From Roseibacillus sp. (GTDB lineage Bacteria; Verrucomicrobiota; Verrucomicrobiia; Verrucomicrobiales; Akkermansiaceae), in contig CBDEUM010000009.1 in the NCBI GenBank assembly GCA_965242925.1, positions 97,514 to 161,513 of the forward strand: a stretch of 64,000 nucleotides of DNA. The letters run 5' to 3'. The notes beneath the pieces are model-generated. The model was not told where the DNA came from, searched no databases, and saw only the letters and a program-made list of their open reading frames with translations. Positions within the stretch are counted from its first letter, which is position 1. Each line of letters begins with the position of its first letter. This document shows, in pieces, positions 35,320-45,173 of this stretch. A program made the translations under genes and the position numbers.

Positions 35320-36666
35320 TCAGAATCCCGCCACGCTCCACCCTTTGCGGTAGTTGCGGCTGAGGAGGGTGTCGGCGGCGCTGTTGTTGGTGATCGCCAT
35401 CTTTTCCGCATCCCACTTGAGCAGGGTATCGGGAGTGCGGATTGCCACCGTTCCCAGCAGGATGGCCTCGGTCATCGGCCCGGTCTGCTCGAAGTAGGAT
35501 TCGTTCCTGGCCGTCCCGTGAATGGCATCGCAGAAGTGATGATAATGATCACGAGGCTCCAGTTCGGGTGCCTGCACGGATTTGAACTTCTCCGGGGGCA
35601 GCAAGGTCGGCATCTGACTGTTGGGCAGGATGATGGCCCCTTCGGTGCCGATCAGCAGGGCAGACTCGGGCGGATACGGCTTGGTAGGAACCAGAGCCTG
35701 CACATCATCGGGCGGATAGAAAAGCCCGTCAAACCACTCCACCGTAATCTCATCCTTCTCTGTCATCCCGGTTCCGGGAAAGACCCAGGTAATGTGATCG
35801 CTTTGCGGCCAGGTGTCTCCACGGCGAATCTCGGACTGCTTCCATGACTTCTGCACCCGGGCGCTCACTGTCCTCGGCGCGGTGAGACCAAGGGCCTTCC
35901 AGGTCGCATCAAAGACATGACATCCGATATCCCCAGACCAACCTGTCCCGAAGTCGAGCCACGAACGCCACTTGGCGGGATGGTAGATGCCGGGAGCATA
36001 GGGTCGGACCGGTGCCGTCCCGGTCCAGAGATCCCAGTTGAGGTGATCGGGTGCCTTCTCCGGTTTCTCGGGGCGGGGACCGACGAAGCGATAGCTCTTG
36101 ATCGCACCTGGACGATTCGAACAGAGCACCACTCTCCTGATCTTCCCGATCACTCCGCTCTTGACCCAGTGCACGAAGGTGCGGTCACCATTCCCGGCAG
36201 CCGCCTGCGTTCCAAGCTGAGTCTTCACCCCCGCCTTGCGGGTGGCCTCGGTCAGCAGACGCACCTCCGCCACATCATGACAGAGGGGCTTCTGGCAGTA
36301 GACATGCTTGCCACTCTGGACCGCGGTCATGGCGATTGAAAAATGCATGTGATCGGGCACGGTCACATTCACGGAGTCGATCCGGTCGCCCTCCTTGGCC
36401 AGCAACTCACGCCAGTCGGAATAGGTTCGCGCATCGGGCACTTCCCTGGATGCCTTGGCCAACCGGTTACTGTCCACGTCGCAGATCGCGACCACCTCGG
36501 TCTTTCCGTGGGACTTGAACTTGTTGAAATCGTTCCAGCCCATGCCCCCCACCCCGATGCAGGCATGCTGCCCCTTGCCGTTAAGATTGGCGGCACGGGT
36601 GGCGGCCGGCCCAGCGAAAGCGGCTCCAGCGGTTGTCCTGATAAATCTGCGACGCGTCGTGTTCAT
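35320..36666 (-). CDS. Gfo/Idh/MocA family oxidoreductase, Tat-exported
   Basis: TRRRFIR, CIGVGGMG, TVPDHMH, HVYCQKPL, TQLGTQ, WDLWTGTAP, WRSWLDFGTGWSGDIGCH. Confidence 0.94.
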   Translation of the reverse strand: MNTTRRRFIRTTAGAAFAGPAATRAANLNGKGQHACIGVGGMGWNDFNKFKSHGKTEVVAICDVDSNRLAKASREVPDARTYSDWRELLAKEGDRIDSVNVTVPDHMHFSIAMTAVQSGKHVYCQKPLCHDVAEVRLLTEATRKAGVKTQLGTQAAAGNGDRTFVHWVKSGVIGKIRRVVLCSNRPGAIKSYRFVGPRPEKPEKAPDHLNWDLWTGTAPVRPYAPGIYHPAKWRSWLDFGTGWSGDIGCHVFDATWKALGLTAPRTVSARVQKSWKQSEIRRGDTWPQSDHITWVFPGTGMTEKDEITVEWFDGLFYPPDDVQALVPTKPYPPESALLIGTEGAIILPNSQMPTLLPPEKFKSVQAPELEPRDHYHHFCDAIHGTARNESYFEQTGPMTEAILLGTVAIRTPDTLLKWDAEKMAITNNSAADTLLSRNYRKGWSVAGF

Positions 36667-36918
36667 CTCACCAATCTATCTACGAAAAGAGTCCCCTTCT
36701 GGCAAGTTGGGATCGCGCATCCCGGCCCTCCTTCCCCCAATCAGACTAATCAGTTCGGGTCTATTGAATTCATCATTCTCAAAAGTGGCTGCCATTGCCT
36801 GATGAGAGCCCTTTTGCACAGACCCCTCAGGGGGAGTGGTTGCGGCTTGTTGTCGGACCCTCTGCCGCTATTGTCCGGTCCGGCCTCGGCCGCTCTTTCA
36901 TCTTCCCCGCATCACCTC

Positions 36919-37818
36919 ATGACAACTCCCTCTTCCCGCCGTCAGTTCCTGACCACCTCCACCCTTGCGGCCGCTGGCACGGTGGCAGCCACTAACCTCG
37001 CTGCCCAGGATGCTGCCCGCGCTACCGGCAAGGGTCCCTCCCTCGAAGGACGGATCTTCAAGGCCGTGAAAGGAGGCAAACAGGGAGGGGAGACTCCCCT
37101 CCAGTTTTTCGAACGACTCAAGAAGCTGGGATTTGATGGCGTGGAGAGTGGCAATGCCGGACAGGCCGCGGCCTACGCTGAAGCCACCGAAAAGACGGGG
37201 GTGATGTTTCACGGCCTGGTGTGCGGCTGGCACTGGGGAGGCGAATCGCCTGAGCAGTCCCGATGCCGCCGCCCGTGCCAAGGGCCTCGCCAATATGGAG
37301 AAAAACATCCGCAACACCTACCGCCTTGGGGGATCTGCCGTTCTCCTCGTTCCCGGCAAGGTGGGTGGAGCCAACGAGACGCACCAACACGTGTGGGACC
37401 GTTCCATAGCGGAAGTCCGCAAGATCCTTCCTCTCGCCAGTCGCCTTGGCATCCGGGTCCTCATCGAAACAGTCTGGAACGGGTTCTGCGAATCGCCCGC
37501 CGTGTTCCGCGACTACATTGACGCCTTTGACAGCCCGTGGGTCGGAGCCTACTTCGACATCGGGAACATGCAGAAATTCGCCCCGGCCGAGGAATGGATC
37601 CGTACCCTCGGGAACCGGAATGTGAAACTGGATATCAAGGACTGGGGCCGGAAAAACGGCTTCTGCCGCCTCGGGGAGGGAGACGTGGACTGGGACAAGG
37701 TGCGCACCGCCCTGCAGGAAGTCGGCTTTTCGGGCTGGGCCACCCGGGAAGGAAGCGACAAGAACCTTGAAGACACCTTCGCGCTCTCATCGACCAGTTG
37801 CTGATCGGCAAGAGTTAG
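36919..37818 (+). CDS. Sugar phosphate isomerase/epimerase family (xylose isomerase-like / AP-endonuclease-2 TIM barrel), Tat-exported; apparent indels near 37240 and 37787
   Basis: SRRQFL, LGFDGVE, HW.NRLSSPD across the shift, VLLVPG, LIETVWNGF, AYFDIGN, KLDIKD, GEGDVDW. Confidence 0.85.
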
Positions 37819-37853
37819 GATGGGGCATGGGGCCGGGGCGGGAGTGTGCCTCT

Positions 37854-38553
37854 TCACCTCAAGCTGGCACCAAGTGCTTCTTTCACCGCCTTGGCCACCT
37901 GCTGGGCCAGCAAGGGCCGACCCCTCCGGCTTGAAGTGCACGTTGCCCGGCCGGGTTCCGAACTGGTCCATTCTTCCTGCCATCACCGCATGGAGGTCAT
38001 TGACGGCTACCCCATGCTTTGACATGACCGCCCCGGCGGCCTTGTTGTAACGCAGGTCGTCCCCAACCTTGCGACCTGCCTCGCCCTCGGGGACGGGCGT
38101 GGTGGTCGCGAAAACCAGCCGGGATCCCGTTTTCTTCATTCGAAGGACCAGCTTTTCGAGATTGGCGGAATACTCTTCCACGGTGTGAGTGACGGTCCGT
38201 TCACCTTATCCCTCTTCCCCTGAGTCTTGGACTCGGGATGCCGATAGCAGAGATCGTGTAAGCCCCAGTTGAAATGAATCACATCCCACTTCGAGGTCCC
38301 CGAGCCAGGCCTCGATGTTCTCCAGCCCCTTGCTCGTCGGCCCCCCATTGGTCGGAATGCGGTGCACGTTGGCCACCCCCTTGAGTGCCGCCCGGACTGA
38401 AAGGGTGTAACCAATCGAAATGGAATCCCCGATGAGGAGGACGCGCGGCAGGCCGGGCACATCCTCGATGGAAGCCATGGGGCCTTTCTTCTTCTGGGCG
38501 GAACACACCGCCGTCAGGCAGGTCAGGACGAGGATCGACAGGACTGTGCGCAT
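37854..38553 (-). CDS. SGNH/GDSL hydrolase, secreted; three apparent indels (~38300, ~38196, ~37914)
   Basis: [44 protein letters not shown], spread over successive frames. Confidence 0.85.
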
Positions 38554-38691
38554 GGGTGCCATGCTGGGAAATTGCCCCACGGCGTCAAAGAAGCACTGCC
38601 AGAAATCAGGAGCAACCTTATTTTCATGAGAGATGTGAGCATTCCCGCCGTATCCCCTGTTCTACCTGAAATTCAACCTGCCAACCTATCA

Positions 38692-39280
38692 ATGAAGACT
38701 ATTGTCACCTCTCTTATTATTCTGTTCGCCCTCCCCGGCCTGACCCTGGCCACCGACAAAAACGAAAAGGCCAAGAAAAGCTGTTACGGCCAAGAAGGAC
38801 AACTCCGCAAAAAAGAAGGCCGACACAGGAAAGGCTGCCCGCGAGGCCGCCGCCAGGAAGAAAGCCGCCCAGGAAAAATCTGCTCGCGAGGCCCGCGAGG
38901 CTGCCACCAGGAAAAAGGGCGCCCACGAAAAGGCCGCTCGCGAGGCCGCCGCCAAGAAGGCGGCCGAGCAGAAGGCCGCGCAGGAAAAAGCTGCCCGCGA
39001 GGCCGCGGCTAAAAAGGAAGAGGCCTACAAGGCTGCCTACGAAAAGTACTCGGCCGCCCGCAAGGCTCTCAGCGAGAAACGTTCCAAGGCAAGCCACGCA
39101 GCCCGCGAGGCCGCCAACGCCCTCGCCGAGATCGATTCGGCTATCAAGCGCAACGAGGCAAACTGGAAGTCCACCCGGGACGGTCGCGCGAGGGCACACG
39201 CCCAAGCGGCCGCCCGCGCCAAGGACCAAGCCAGGACGAAGACCAGCAAGCGCTCACGGTCACGGAAGAAAAAAGACTGA
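38692..39280 (+). CDS. Secreted Ala/Lys/Glu/Arg-rich repeat protein (predicted long alpha-helix); apparent extra A near 38776
   Basis: Signal MKTIVTSLIILFALPGLTLA. After a one-base shift the frame is open to TGA 39280, with repeats KAAREAAARKKAAQE / KSAREAREAATRKKGAHE / KAAREAAAKKAAEQKAAQE / KAAREAAAKKEE. Confidence 0.7.
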
Positions 39281-39312
39281 GCGGCGGAATCATACTGCCT
39301 GAAGAACTATTC

Positions 39313-39345
39313 ACGGGGAGGCGCTTCGGCCCTCCCCGTTTTCTT
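39313..39345 (+). terminator. Rho-independent terminator
   Basis: ACGGGGAGG-C-GC-TTCG-GC-CCTCCCCGT followed by TTTCTT. Confidence 0.75.
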
Positions 39346-39413
39346 GTTCCCCGATTCCGCCATTGCGACTCCGGCCCGACTCCCCTATGCCGGACCCGCG
39401 CCACGGGAACAAT

Positions 39414-40123
39414 ATGGAGGAACCCCAAAAAATCCTGCCTCGCTGAAACCATCGCGGTCACCCGCTCCTACGAGAACGGCCGGGTCCGTGCCCTGCGTGG
39501 GGTCGACCTGCGTATCGAGGAAGGCGATTTCGTGGCCATCACGGGATCAAGCGGAAGCGGCAAGACAACCCTCCTGCAAATGCTGGGCGGACTCGACACC
39601 CCGGATTCGGGCGAGGTGATGTTTCGCGGACAAGTGCTCTCCGAGATGCGGGATCTCTCCTCCTTCCGGGCCCGCAAGGTCGGCTTTGTCTTCCAGTCCT
39701 TTCACCTCCTGGCCACCCTCACCGCCTGCGAAAACGTCCAGGTCCCCATGGTGGAAAGCCCCCTTCCCATGAAGGAACGGGAGAAGCGGGCCATCCAGCT
39801 CCTCGAAGAGGTCGGACTGGCGGAGCGCATTCACCACCGGCCCGCCGAACTGTCCGGGGGAGAACGTCAGCGGGTGGCGATTGCACGCAGCCTGGCCAAC
39901 GAGCCGGATCTCCTCCTCGCCGACGAGCCCACCGGCAACCTTGACCGGGAATCCACCACCATGGTGATGGAGCTTCTCACCAGGATTCACCGGGAAAACG
40001 GGATGACCCTCATCCTGGTCACCCACGATCCATCCACCGCCGCCTATGCCCATCGACAGGTCAGGATGAGCGATGGCCTGGTGGATCGCAACGTCCCTGA
40101 ACCCCCCTGCCGTCGCGCCATGA
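39414..40123 (+). CDS. ABC transporter ATP-binding protein (LolD/MacB-like); apparent indels near 39427 and 40105
   Basis: VRALRGVDLRI, Walker A GSSGSGKT, GFVFQSFHL, LSGGERQRVAIAR, LLADEPTGNLD, VTHD. Confidence 0.88.
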
Positions 40124-41241
40124 GACTGTGGACCATGGTTTCGCGAAACCTCCGGGTGCGCCGCATGCGCACCGCCCTGACCCTGCTGGGAATCGCGGTG
40201 GGCATGATGGCCATCGTGACCCTGATGGGCCTGGCCCGTGGATTCGAAAACAACTGGGACCAGACCCTGAATGCCCGCGGAACGGATGTGGTGGTCAACC
40301 GCATCTCCACCGGCAGCCCCATTCCCGCTCCCTTCTCAGAGGAAGTGGCCCGCGAGATCTCCGCGCTTCCGGACATTGAGGACAGCGGCGGCGTGCTGGC
40401 CGTCCTCATGCCTGTCGAGAATCTCCCCATGATCCTGGTCACGAGCTGGGAGTGGGAGAGCTACATCTGGAATCACCTCGAAATCGTCGAGGGCCGGATG
40501 CAGAAGGATGGCCACGAGAAGGCCGTTCTCCTGGGCAAGTCCGCCTCCCAGATACTCCGGAAGCAGGTGGGGGATTCCCTCCAGTTGCTCGGATCCGAGT
40601 TCTCGGTCTGCGGTATCTACGAGAGCACTTCCATGATCGAGTCCGGTGCCATCGTGATTCCGCTCGGGGTGATGCAGAGCCACAGCGACAACGCCGGAAA
40701 AATCAACTTCGTCAACCTGCGCTTCAGCCCCGGAGTGGACAAGGCCCGTGGCCGGGAGATCTGTGACCGGATCGAACAGCTGCACAGCGGGCTCTCCGCC
40801 AGCCTCGCCAGTGAAGCCGCCCAGCGCAGCTCCACCGCCCAAGGGGTGAAGGGAATGACCCTGGCGGTGACCCTTCTCTCCATGGTGGTCGGTCTCGCCA
40901 GTGTGATGAACACCATGCTCATGAGCGTCTTTGAGCGAACGGTGGAAATCGGCGTGCTGCGCGCGATTGGATGGAAGGCTGCGCGCATCAGGCGTATGAT
41001 CCTGCTGGAGGCCACCCTCCTCGGCATTTCCGGCGGAGTGCTCGGCGTCCTCCTTGGTTTCCTGGTCCGCGAACTCCTCTACCTCTTTCCCGCCATCAGT
41101 GGAACCATCCGGGTCGAGATCGGGGTGGAGGCCATTGTCTTCACTCTCCTCTTCTCCACCGTGGTGGGAGCCCTGAGCGGCCTCTATCCTGCCATCCGGG
41201 CCTCCCGGATGAAACCGACGGTGGCCTTCCGCCACCAGTAA
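40120..41241 (+). CDS. ABC transporter permease (MacB/FtsX family)
   Basis: RNLRVRRMRTALTLLGIAVG, a periplasmic domain, MNTMLMSVFERTVEIGVLRAIGW, GLYPAIRASRMKPTVAFR. Confidence 0.9.
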   Translation: MRLWTMVSRNLRVRRMRTALTLLGIAVGMMAIVTLMGLARGFENNWDQTLNARGTDVVVNRISTGSPIPAPFSEEVAREISALPDIEDSGGVLAVLMPVENLPMILVTSWEWESYIWNHLEIVEGRMQKDGHEKAVLLGKSASQILRKQVGDSLQLLGSEFSVCGIYESTSMIESGAIVIPLGVMQSHSDNAGKINFVNLRFSPGVDKARGREICDRIEQLHSGLSASLASEAAQRSSTAQGVKGMTLAVTLLSMVVGLASVMNTMLMSVFERTVEIGVLRAIGWKAARIRRMILLEATLLGISGGVLGVLLGFLVRELLYLFPAISGTIRVEIGVEAIVFTLLFSTVVGALSGLYPAIRASRMKPTVAFRHQ

Positions 41242-41295
41242 CCCGGATCTCTTTGAATCATTTCTCCTCACCTTCCAGACTTACCACCACAACCC

Positions 41296-42741
41296 ATGAA
41301 ACCGCTCCTCGCCCTTCTCCTCTGCATTCTCTCCCTCGCCACTCACCTTCGCGCGGCGGACCAGCCCAACATCATTGTCATCCTGGTCGACGACATGGGC
41401 TGGATGGATCTCTCCTGCCAGGGAAGTGACTACTACCGCACACCCGCCATCGACCGCCTCGCCACCGAAGGTATCCGCTTCACCAACGGCTACGCCGCCT
41501 GCGCCGTCTGTTCCCCGACCCGCGCCGCCCTGCAGACCGGCCGCTATCCGCACCGCGTCGGGGTGACCGACTGGATCCGTTCCCGCTTCCAGCGGGGCCG
41601 GATCGGCACTCCGGCCAAGAATCCTACCGAGTATGTCGGCGGCAAGAACCGCGAGTTCTTCTGCCCCCCCAATCCCTACTGGATGGAGCACGAGGAAATC
41701 ACCATCCCGGAGGCCCTCAAGGCCCGGGGCTACCAGAGTGGTTATATTGGGAAGTGGCATCTCGGGGATCCGGCGTGGTTTCCCCCCGGGCAGGGTTACG
41801 ACGAGAACAAGGGCGGCTGCGATTACGGCCAACCGCCCAGCTACTTCGATCCCTACAACCAGCCCAAGGGTCGCCACGAGACCCTCCGGCAGGGAATCCA
41901 CAACCTGCCCGGCCGCAAGAAGGGCGAGTATCTCACCCACCGCGAGGCGGATGAAGCGGAGGCCCTCATTCGGGGCTGGCACCAGGAGAAGAAGCCCTTC
42001 TTCCTGATGGTCGGCCACTACGCCGTCCACACCCCCATCCAGGCCATTGCCGAGGTCGCGGCTAAGTACCAGCGCGCCAGGAAACCGAATAACGCGAAGT
42101 ATGCCGCCATGGTCGAATCCATCGACGACTCCACCCGCCAGATCCTGGCCACCCTCAAGGAGCTCGGCATCGACAAGGACACCCTCATCATCTTCACCAG
42201 TGACAACGGCGGATTGGATCGCAACGGCTCTCCCACCGAAAACGCACCGCTACGCAGTGGCAAGGGCTACGCCTACGAGGGCGGAATCCGCGTTCCCTTC
42301 CTGGCCCGCTGGCCCGGGGTCATCCCGGCTGGAAAAGTGAGTGATGTCCCGGTCTGCTCCATCGACATCTTCCCCACTGTCCTGGAAGCAACCGGATCAA
42401 AACTTCCCGCTAATCGTGCGATCGACGGGCTTTCCCTGATGCCGCACCTCAAGTCGGGTGGAACGGCAAAGCTCCCTCGCAATGAACTCCTCTGGCACTT
42501 TCCGCACTACCGGCACGCCCCGGGCCCCTACAGCATCATCCGTCAGGGGCACCACAAGCTCATCAAGTTCTGGGGCGGCCCCTTTGAACTCTACGACTTG
42601 AAGGAAGACCTCGGGGAAGCCAGGAACCTCGCCGCCGCCATGCCCAAGAGGGTGAGCGAGCTCGACACTCTCCTTCTCAAAAGCCTCAAGGAAACCGGGG
42701 CCAGGCTCCCGCGGGAAAACCCTGATTATACCAAGAAGTAA
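41296..42741 (+). CDS. Sulfatase (formylglycine-dependent S1 family), secreted
   Basis: PNIIVILVDDMG, CSPTRAAL.TG, GKWHLG, HYAVHTP, FTSDNGG, EGGIRVP. Confidence 0.95.
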   Translation: MKPLLALLLCILSLATHLRAADQPNIIVILVDDMGWMDLSCQGSDYYRTPAIDRLATEGIRFTNGYAACAVCSPTRAALQTGRYPHRVGVTDWIRSRFQRGRIGTPAKNPTEYVGGKNREFFCPPNPYWMEHEEITIPEALKARGYQSGYIGKWHLGDPAWFPPGQGYDENKGGCDYGQPPSYFDPYNQPKGRHETLRQGIHNLPGRKKGEYLTHREADEAEALIRGWHQEKKPFFLMVGHYAVHTPIQAIAEVAAKYQRARKPNNAKYAAMVESIDDSTRQILATLKELGIDKDTLIIFTSDNGGLDRNGSPTENAPLRSGKGYAYEGGIRVPFLARWPGVIPAGKVSDVPVCSIDIFPTVLEATGSKLPANRAIDGLSLMPHLKSGGTAKLPRNELLWHFPHYRHAPGPYSIIRQGHHKLIKFWGGPFELYDLKEDLGEARNLAAAMPKRVSELDTLLLKSLKETGARLPRENPDYTKK

Positions 42742-42767
42742 CACCCCTGCGTAAGAGCTCAGAGTCC

Positions 42768-43082
42768 ATGGAAAACTACGAGCCAAAGATACCTCTCGGG
42801 TTTCTGATTGGCATAGCCGTTCCGATCATTGCGGCAATCCCGCCCTGGACGGGGCAATTTTGTTACATCAATTTTAGTGGTGATTGTATTCAGGTGGATG
42901 CCTTTGAACTTTTTTTCTGGGCTCCGTTTTTCACGTCGCTAGCTCTGCTGCTCATCGGTCGGCCCTTGTCCGCACGGGGCCGCAACGGTCTGCTCATGAG
43001 CACGAAGATCACCCTGCCACTCTGTCTGGTTTATGCTCTGGTGACGCACTTCATGTTCTTGGTGGCATTAGGCTCAATATAG
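42768..43082 (+). CDS. Small hypothetical membrane protein (about three helices), AT-richer than its neighbours
   Basis: 104 aa ORF with three hydrophobic stretches that fills the gap between genes. No family recognised. Confidence 0.6.
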   Translation: MENYEPKIPLGFLIGIAVPIIAAIPPWTGQFCYINFSGDCIQVDAFELFFWAPFFTSLALLLIGRPLSARGRNGLLMSTKITLPLCLVYALVTHFMFLVALGSI

Positions 43083-43146
43083 GCTTCCCTTCACAATCTG
43101 GAACCTTGATCCAACATTGTAGCGGGCATAGTCATCCCGGTGCTCC

Positions 43147-44013
43147 CTATTTCAGGGCGCTGGCCAGCCAGGTTCTCAACTCGCTGCGCACCGCCGAGGG
43201 CCGCAGGAGCCAGGCATCGCTGTGGTTACGAAACCCGGTGCTGCGGAAAGTGAAATTTCCCTTCACCCCGGTCTCGACGAGGTATTGAGCCGTCTCCTTG
43301 AACTGGTCCGCCTCCGAACACACGAACTGCGGCCGAGACCCCAACCGGCGTAACCGCCCGAGGGCAGCGGCCCGGTCCGAACCTGGATACCCCCATTTGT
43401 GGACCCCATCATAATGGCTGTAGGGAACGAACGCCCTCCAGAGACCGGCAATCCGGTCATCGTGCAGGCCGATGAAATTACAGGCGATCGCTCCCCTCGA
43501 AAACCCGCACAGGACCAGCTTTTCCCGGTCGCCGCCATAGCTGGCATGCACCAGCTTCACTGCCTCCAGGCAGTAATTGACGGTTGGCTGCGGGTCGCGC
43601 TCCGGCTTGCTGCCCCACCAGCTCCTCACGTTGGCGGTACCCTCGCCGTTGAGATAGGGCAGGCACAACCAGAGGTAGCCCTTGCCTGCTGAGATTCCGT
43701 AGCCCATGCGACTGCCTTCCACCAGGCCCGTACTGATGTCACCGTAGCGATTGCGGTAGGGGCCATTGCCCGCGTACTCGACCAGCACCGGATACTTCCG
43801 GTCCGGGTGCCAGTCAGTGGGCAGGTAGAGGACATGGTAGGCCCTGGTCCCCTCGTAGCCGGGCAGGGTCACTTTCACCCGCTTTCCGGGTCCCGGCTTT
43901 CCTTCGCTCAACCCGGGTACAGTGAGATCAGGTTCAATGGTGGCAATGTCAGGAAGCTGGGCGCCCACCTGCGCAATGCACAGGACCGCCAGCACCAGGA
44001 TGACCCGGATCAT
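43147..44013 (-). CDS. Secreted alpha/beta-hydrolase-fold protein
   Basis: Signal peptide, LYLPTDW..KYPVLVEY, nucleophile elbow GFSRG, distal HSDAW. Confidence 0.75.
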   Translation of the reverse strand: MIRVILVLAVLCIAQVGAQLPDIATIEPDLTVPGLSEGKPGPGKRVKVTLPGYEGTRAYHVLYLPTDWHPDRKYPVLVEYAGNGPYRNRYGDISTGLVEGSRMGYGISAGKGYLWLCLPYLNGEGTANVRSWWGSKPERDPQPTVNYCLEAVKLVHASYGGDREKLVLCGFSRGAIACNFIGLHDDRIAGLWRAFVPYSHYDGVHKWGYPGSDRAAALGRLRRLGSRPQFVCSEADQFKETAQYLVETGVKGNFTFRSTGFRNHSDAWLLRPSAVRSELRTWLASALK

Positions 44014-44098
44014 GTCCCCAGCATAGTTCCTGCGACCGAAAGATCCAGAATTCTGCCCTCCTCAATCGAGGCGTCCTCCTGTTCAATCAGAGCTCTCC

Positions 44099-45166
44099 AT
44101 GCGGGACTTCCTTCCAGCCAACCGCCCCCTGCTCGTCCTGGCCCCCATGCAGGACGTGACCGACCTGCCCTTCATGCGGGTGATGGAGCGGTTTGGCGGT
44201 CCGGATGTCTATGTCACGGAATACTTCCGCGTCTACGAAAACTCGCGCCTGAAGGCCTACATCCTGCGCAGCATCGATGAGAACCCCACCGGCAAGCCGG
44301 TCTTCGCCCAGATGATTGGCCAGGACATCCCCGCCCTCGTGCGAAGTGCCCGGGAACTTGAGCAACACGCGGTGGCCGGGATCGACCTCAACCTGGGGTG
44401 CCCCGCTCCCGTGGTCTGCCGCAAGGATGCCGGGGGAGGGCTCCTGCGCAATCCGGCCAAGGTAGACCGGATCCTGGAGGCCCTGCGCGAAACCGTGCAG
44501 GGTCGCTTCACGGTCAAGACCCGCGTGGGCTACGACGACCCGCGGGAATTCGAGGACCTGCTGGAGGTCTTCCAGCGACACCGCATCGACGGCCTCGCCA
44601 TCCACGGGCGCACCGTCAGGGAACGCTATCAATCGCCGGTCCACCCCGACTGCATCCGGCGGGCGGTGGAGACCCTCCCCTGCCCGGTCATCGCCAACGG
44701 TAATATCGTGGACGTGGAAACCGGGTGCGCGCTACGGGAACAGACCGGGGCGGCGGGTCTCATGCTGGGACGGGGCGCCATTCGCAACCCCCAGCTCTTC
44801 AACCAGTTGCGCGCCGCCTTTGGCGGGGGATCGATTCCCGTTCCCGTCGGCCGGGACCTCCTCGACTACATCGAACAGCTCTGGGAGGAAACAGCCCGCG
44901 AACAGAGCAAAGCCTACCGTGGCGACAGGCAGGTCCAGAAAATGAAGCGCTATCTGACCTATATCACCCAGGGGCTCGATCCGGGTTTCGACCACGAGAT
45001 CCTGCGCGCCAGGGAGGAGGATGCGTTTTTCCGGATCTGCCGCCGTTATCTTTCCCATCAGGATCCCCTGCCCGGTCTCCCGCAGGCAACCTCCAGGCGG
45101 TTCTGTGGATTCTCGGAATTGCTGCAACCCTCCCCCCCGGAAAACAACGCCCCCAGTCTCCCGTAG
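44099..45166 (+). CDS. tRNA-dihydrouridine synthase (Dus family)
   Basis: LAPMQDVTD, TEYFRV, IDLNLGCP, GGGLL, TVKTRVG, IHGRT, PVIANGNI, MLGRGA. Confidence 0.93.
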   Translation: MRDFLPANRPLLVLAPMQDVTDLPFMRVMERFGGPDVYVTEYFRVYENSRLKAYILRSIDENPTGKPVFAQMIGQDIPALVRSARELEQHAVAGIDLNLGCPAPVVCRKDAGGGLLRNPAKVDRILEALRETVQGRFTVKTRVGYDDPREFEDLLEVFQRHRIDGLAIHGRTVRERYQSPVHPDCIRRAVETLPCPVIANGNIVDVETGCALREQTGAAGLMLGRGAIRNPQLFNQLRAAFGGGSIPVPVGRDLLDYIEQLWEETAREQSKAYRGDRQVQKMKRYLTYITQGLDPGFDHEILRAREEDAFFRICRRYLSHQDPLPGLPQATSRRFCGFSELLQPSPPENNAPSLP

Positions 45167-45173
45167 AACAATC

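Noticed and set aside
34919..35320. tmRNA or RNase P RNA, given the ~360-400 nt gap
   Set aside because: No tRNA-like ends and no GAGGAAAGTCC-type signature on either strand. Kept only as an unassigned structured element.
38830..39020. Tandem DNA repeats (GCCCGCGAGGCCGCC) as a CRISPR array or VNTR
   Set aside because: The repeats are in frame, degenerate at synonymous positions and lack unique spacers. They are explained by the protein repeat.
39532..41241. Apparent 569-aa MacB-like ATPase-permease fusion
   Set aside because: Removing one C from the C6 run near 40102-40107 ends the ATPase as EPPAVAP* with an ATGA overlap on the permease start at 40120. This is most likely an indel artefact joining two genes.
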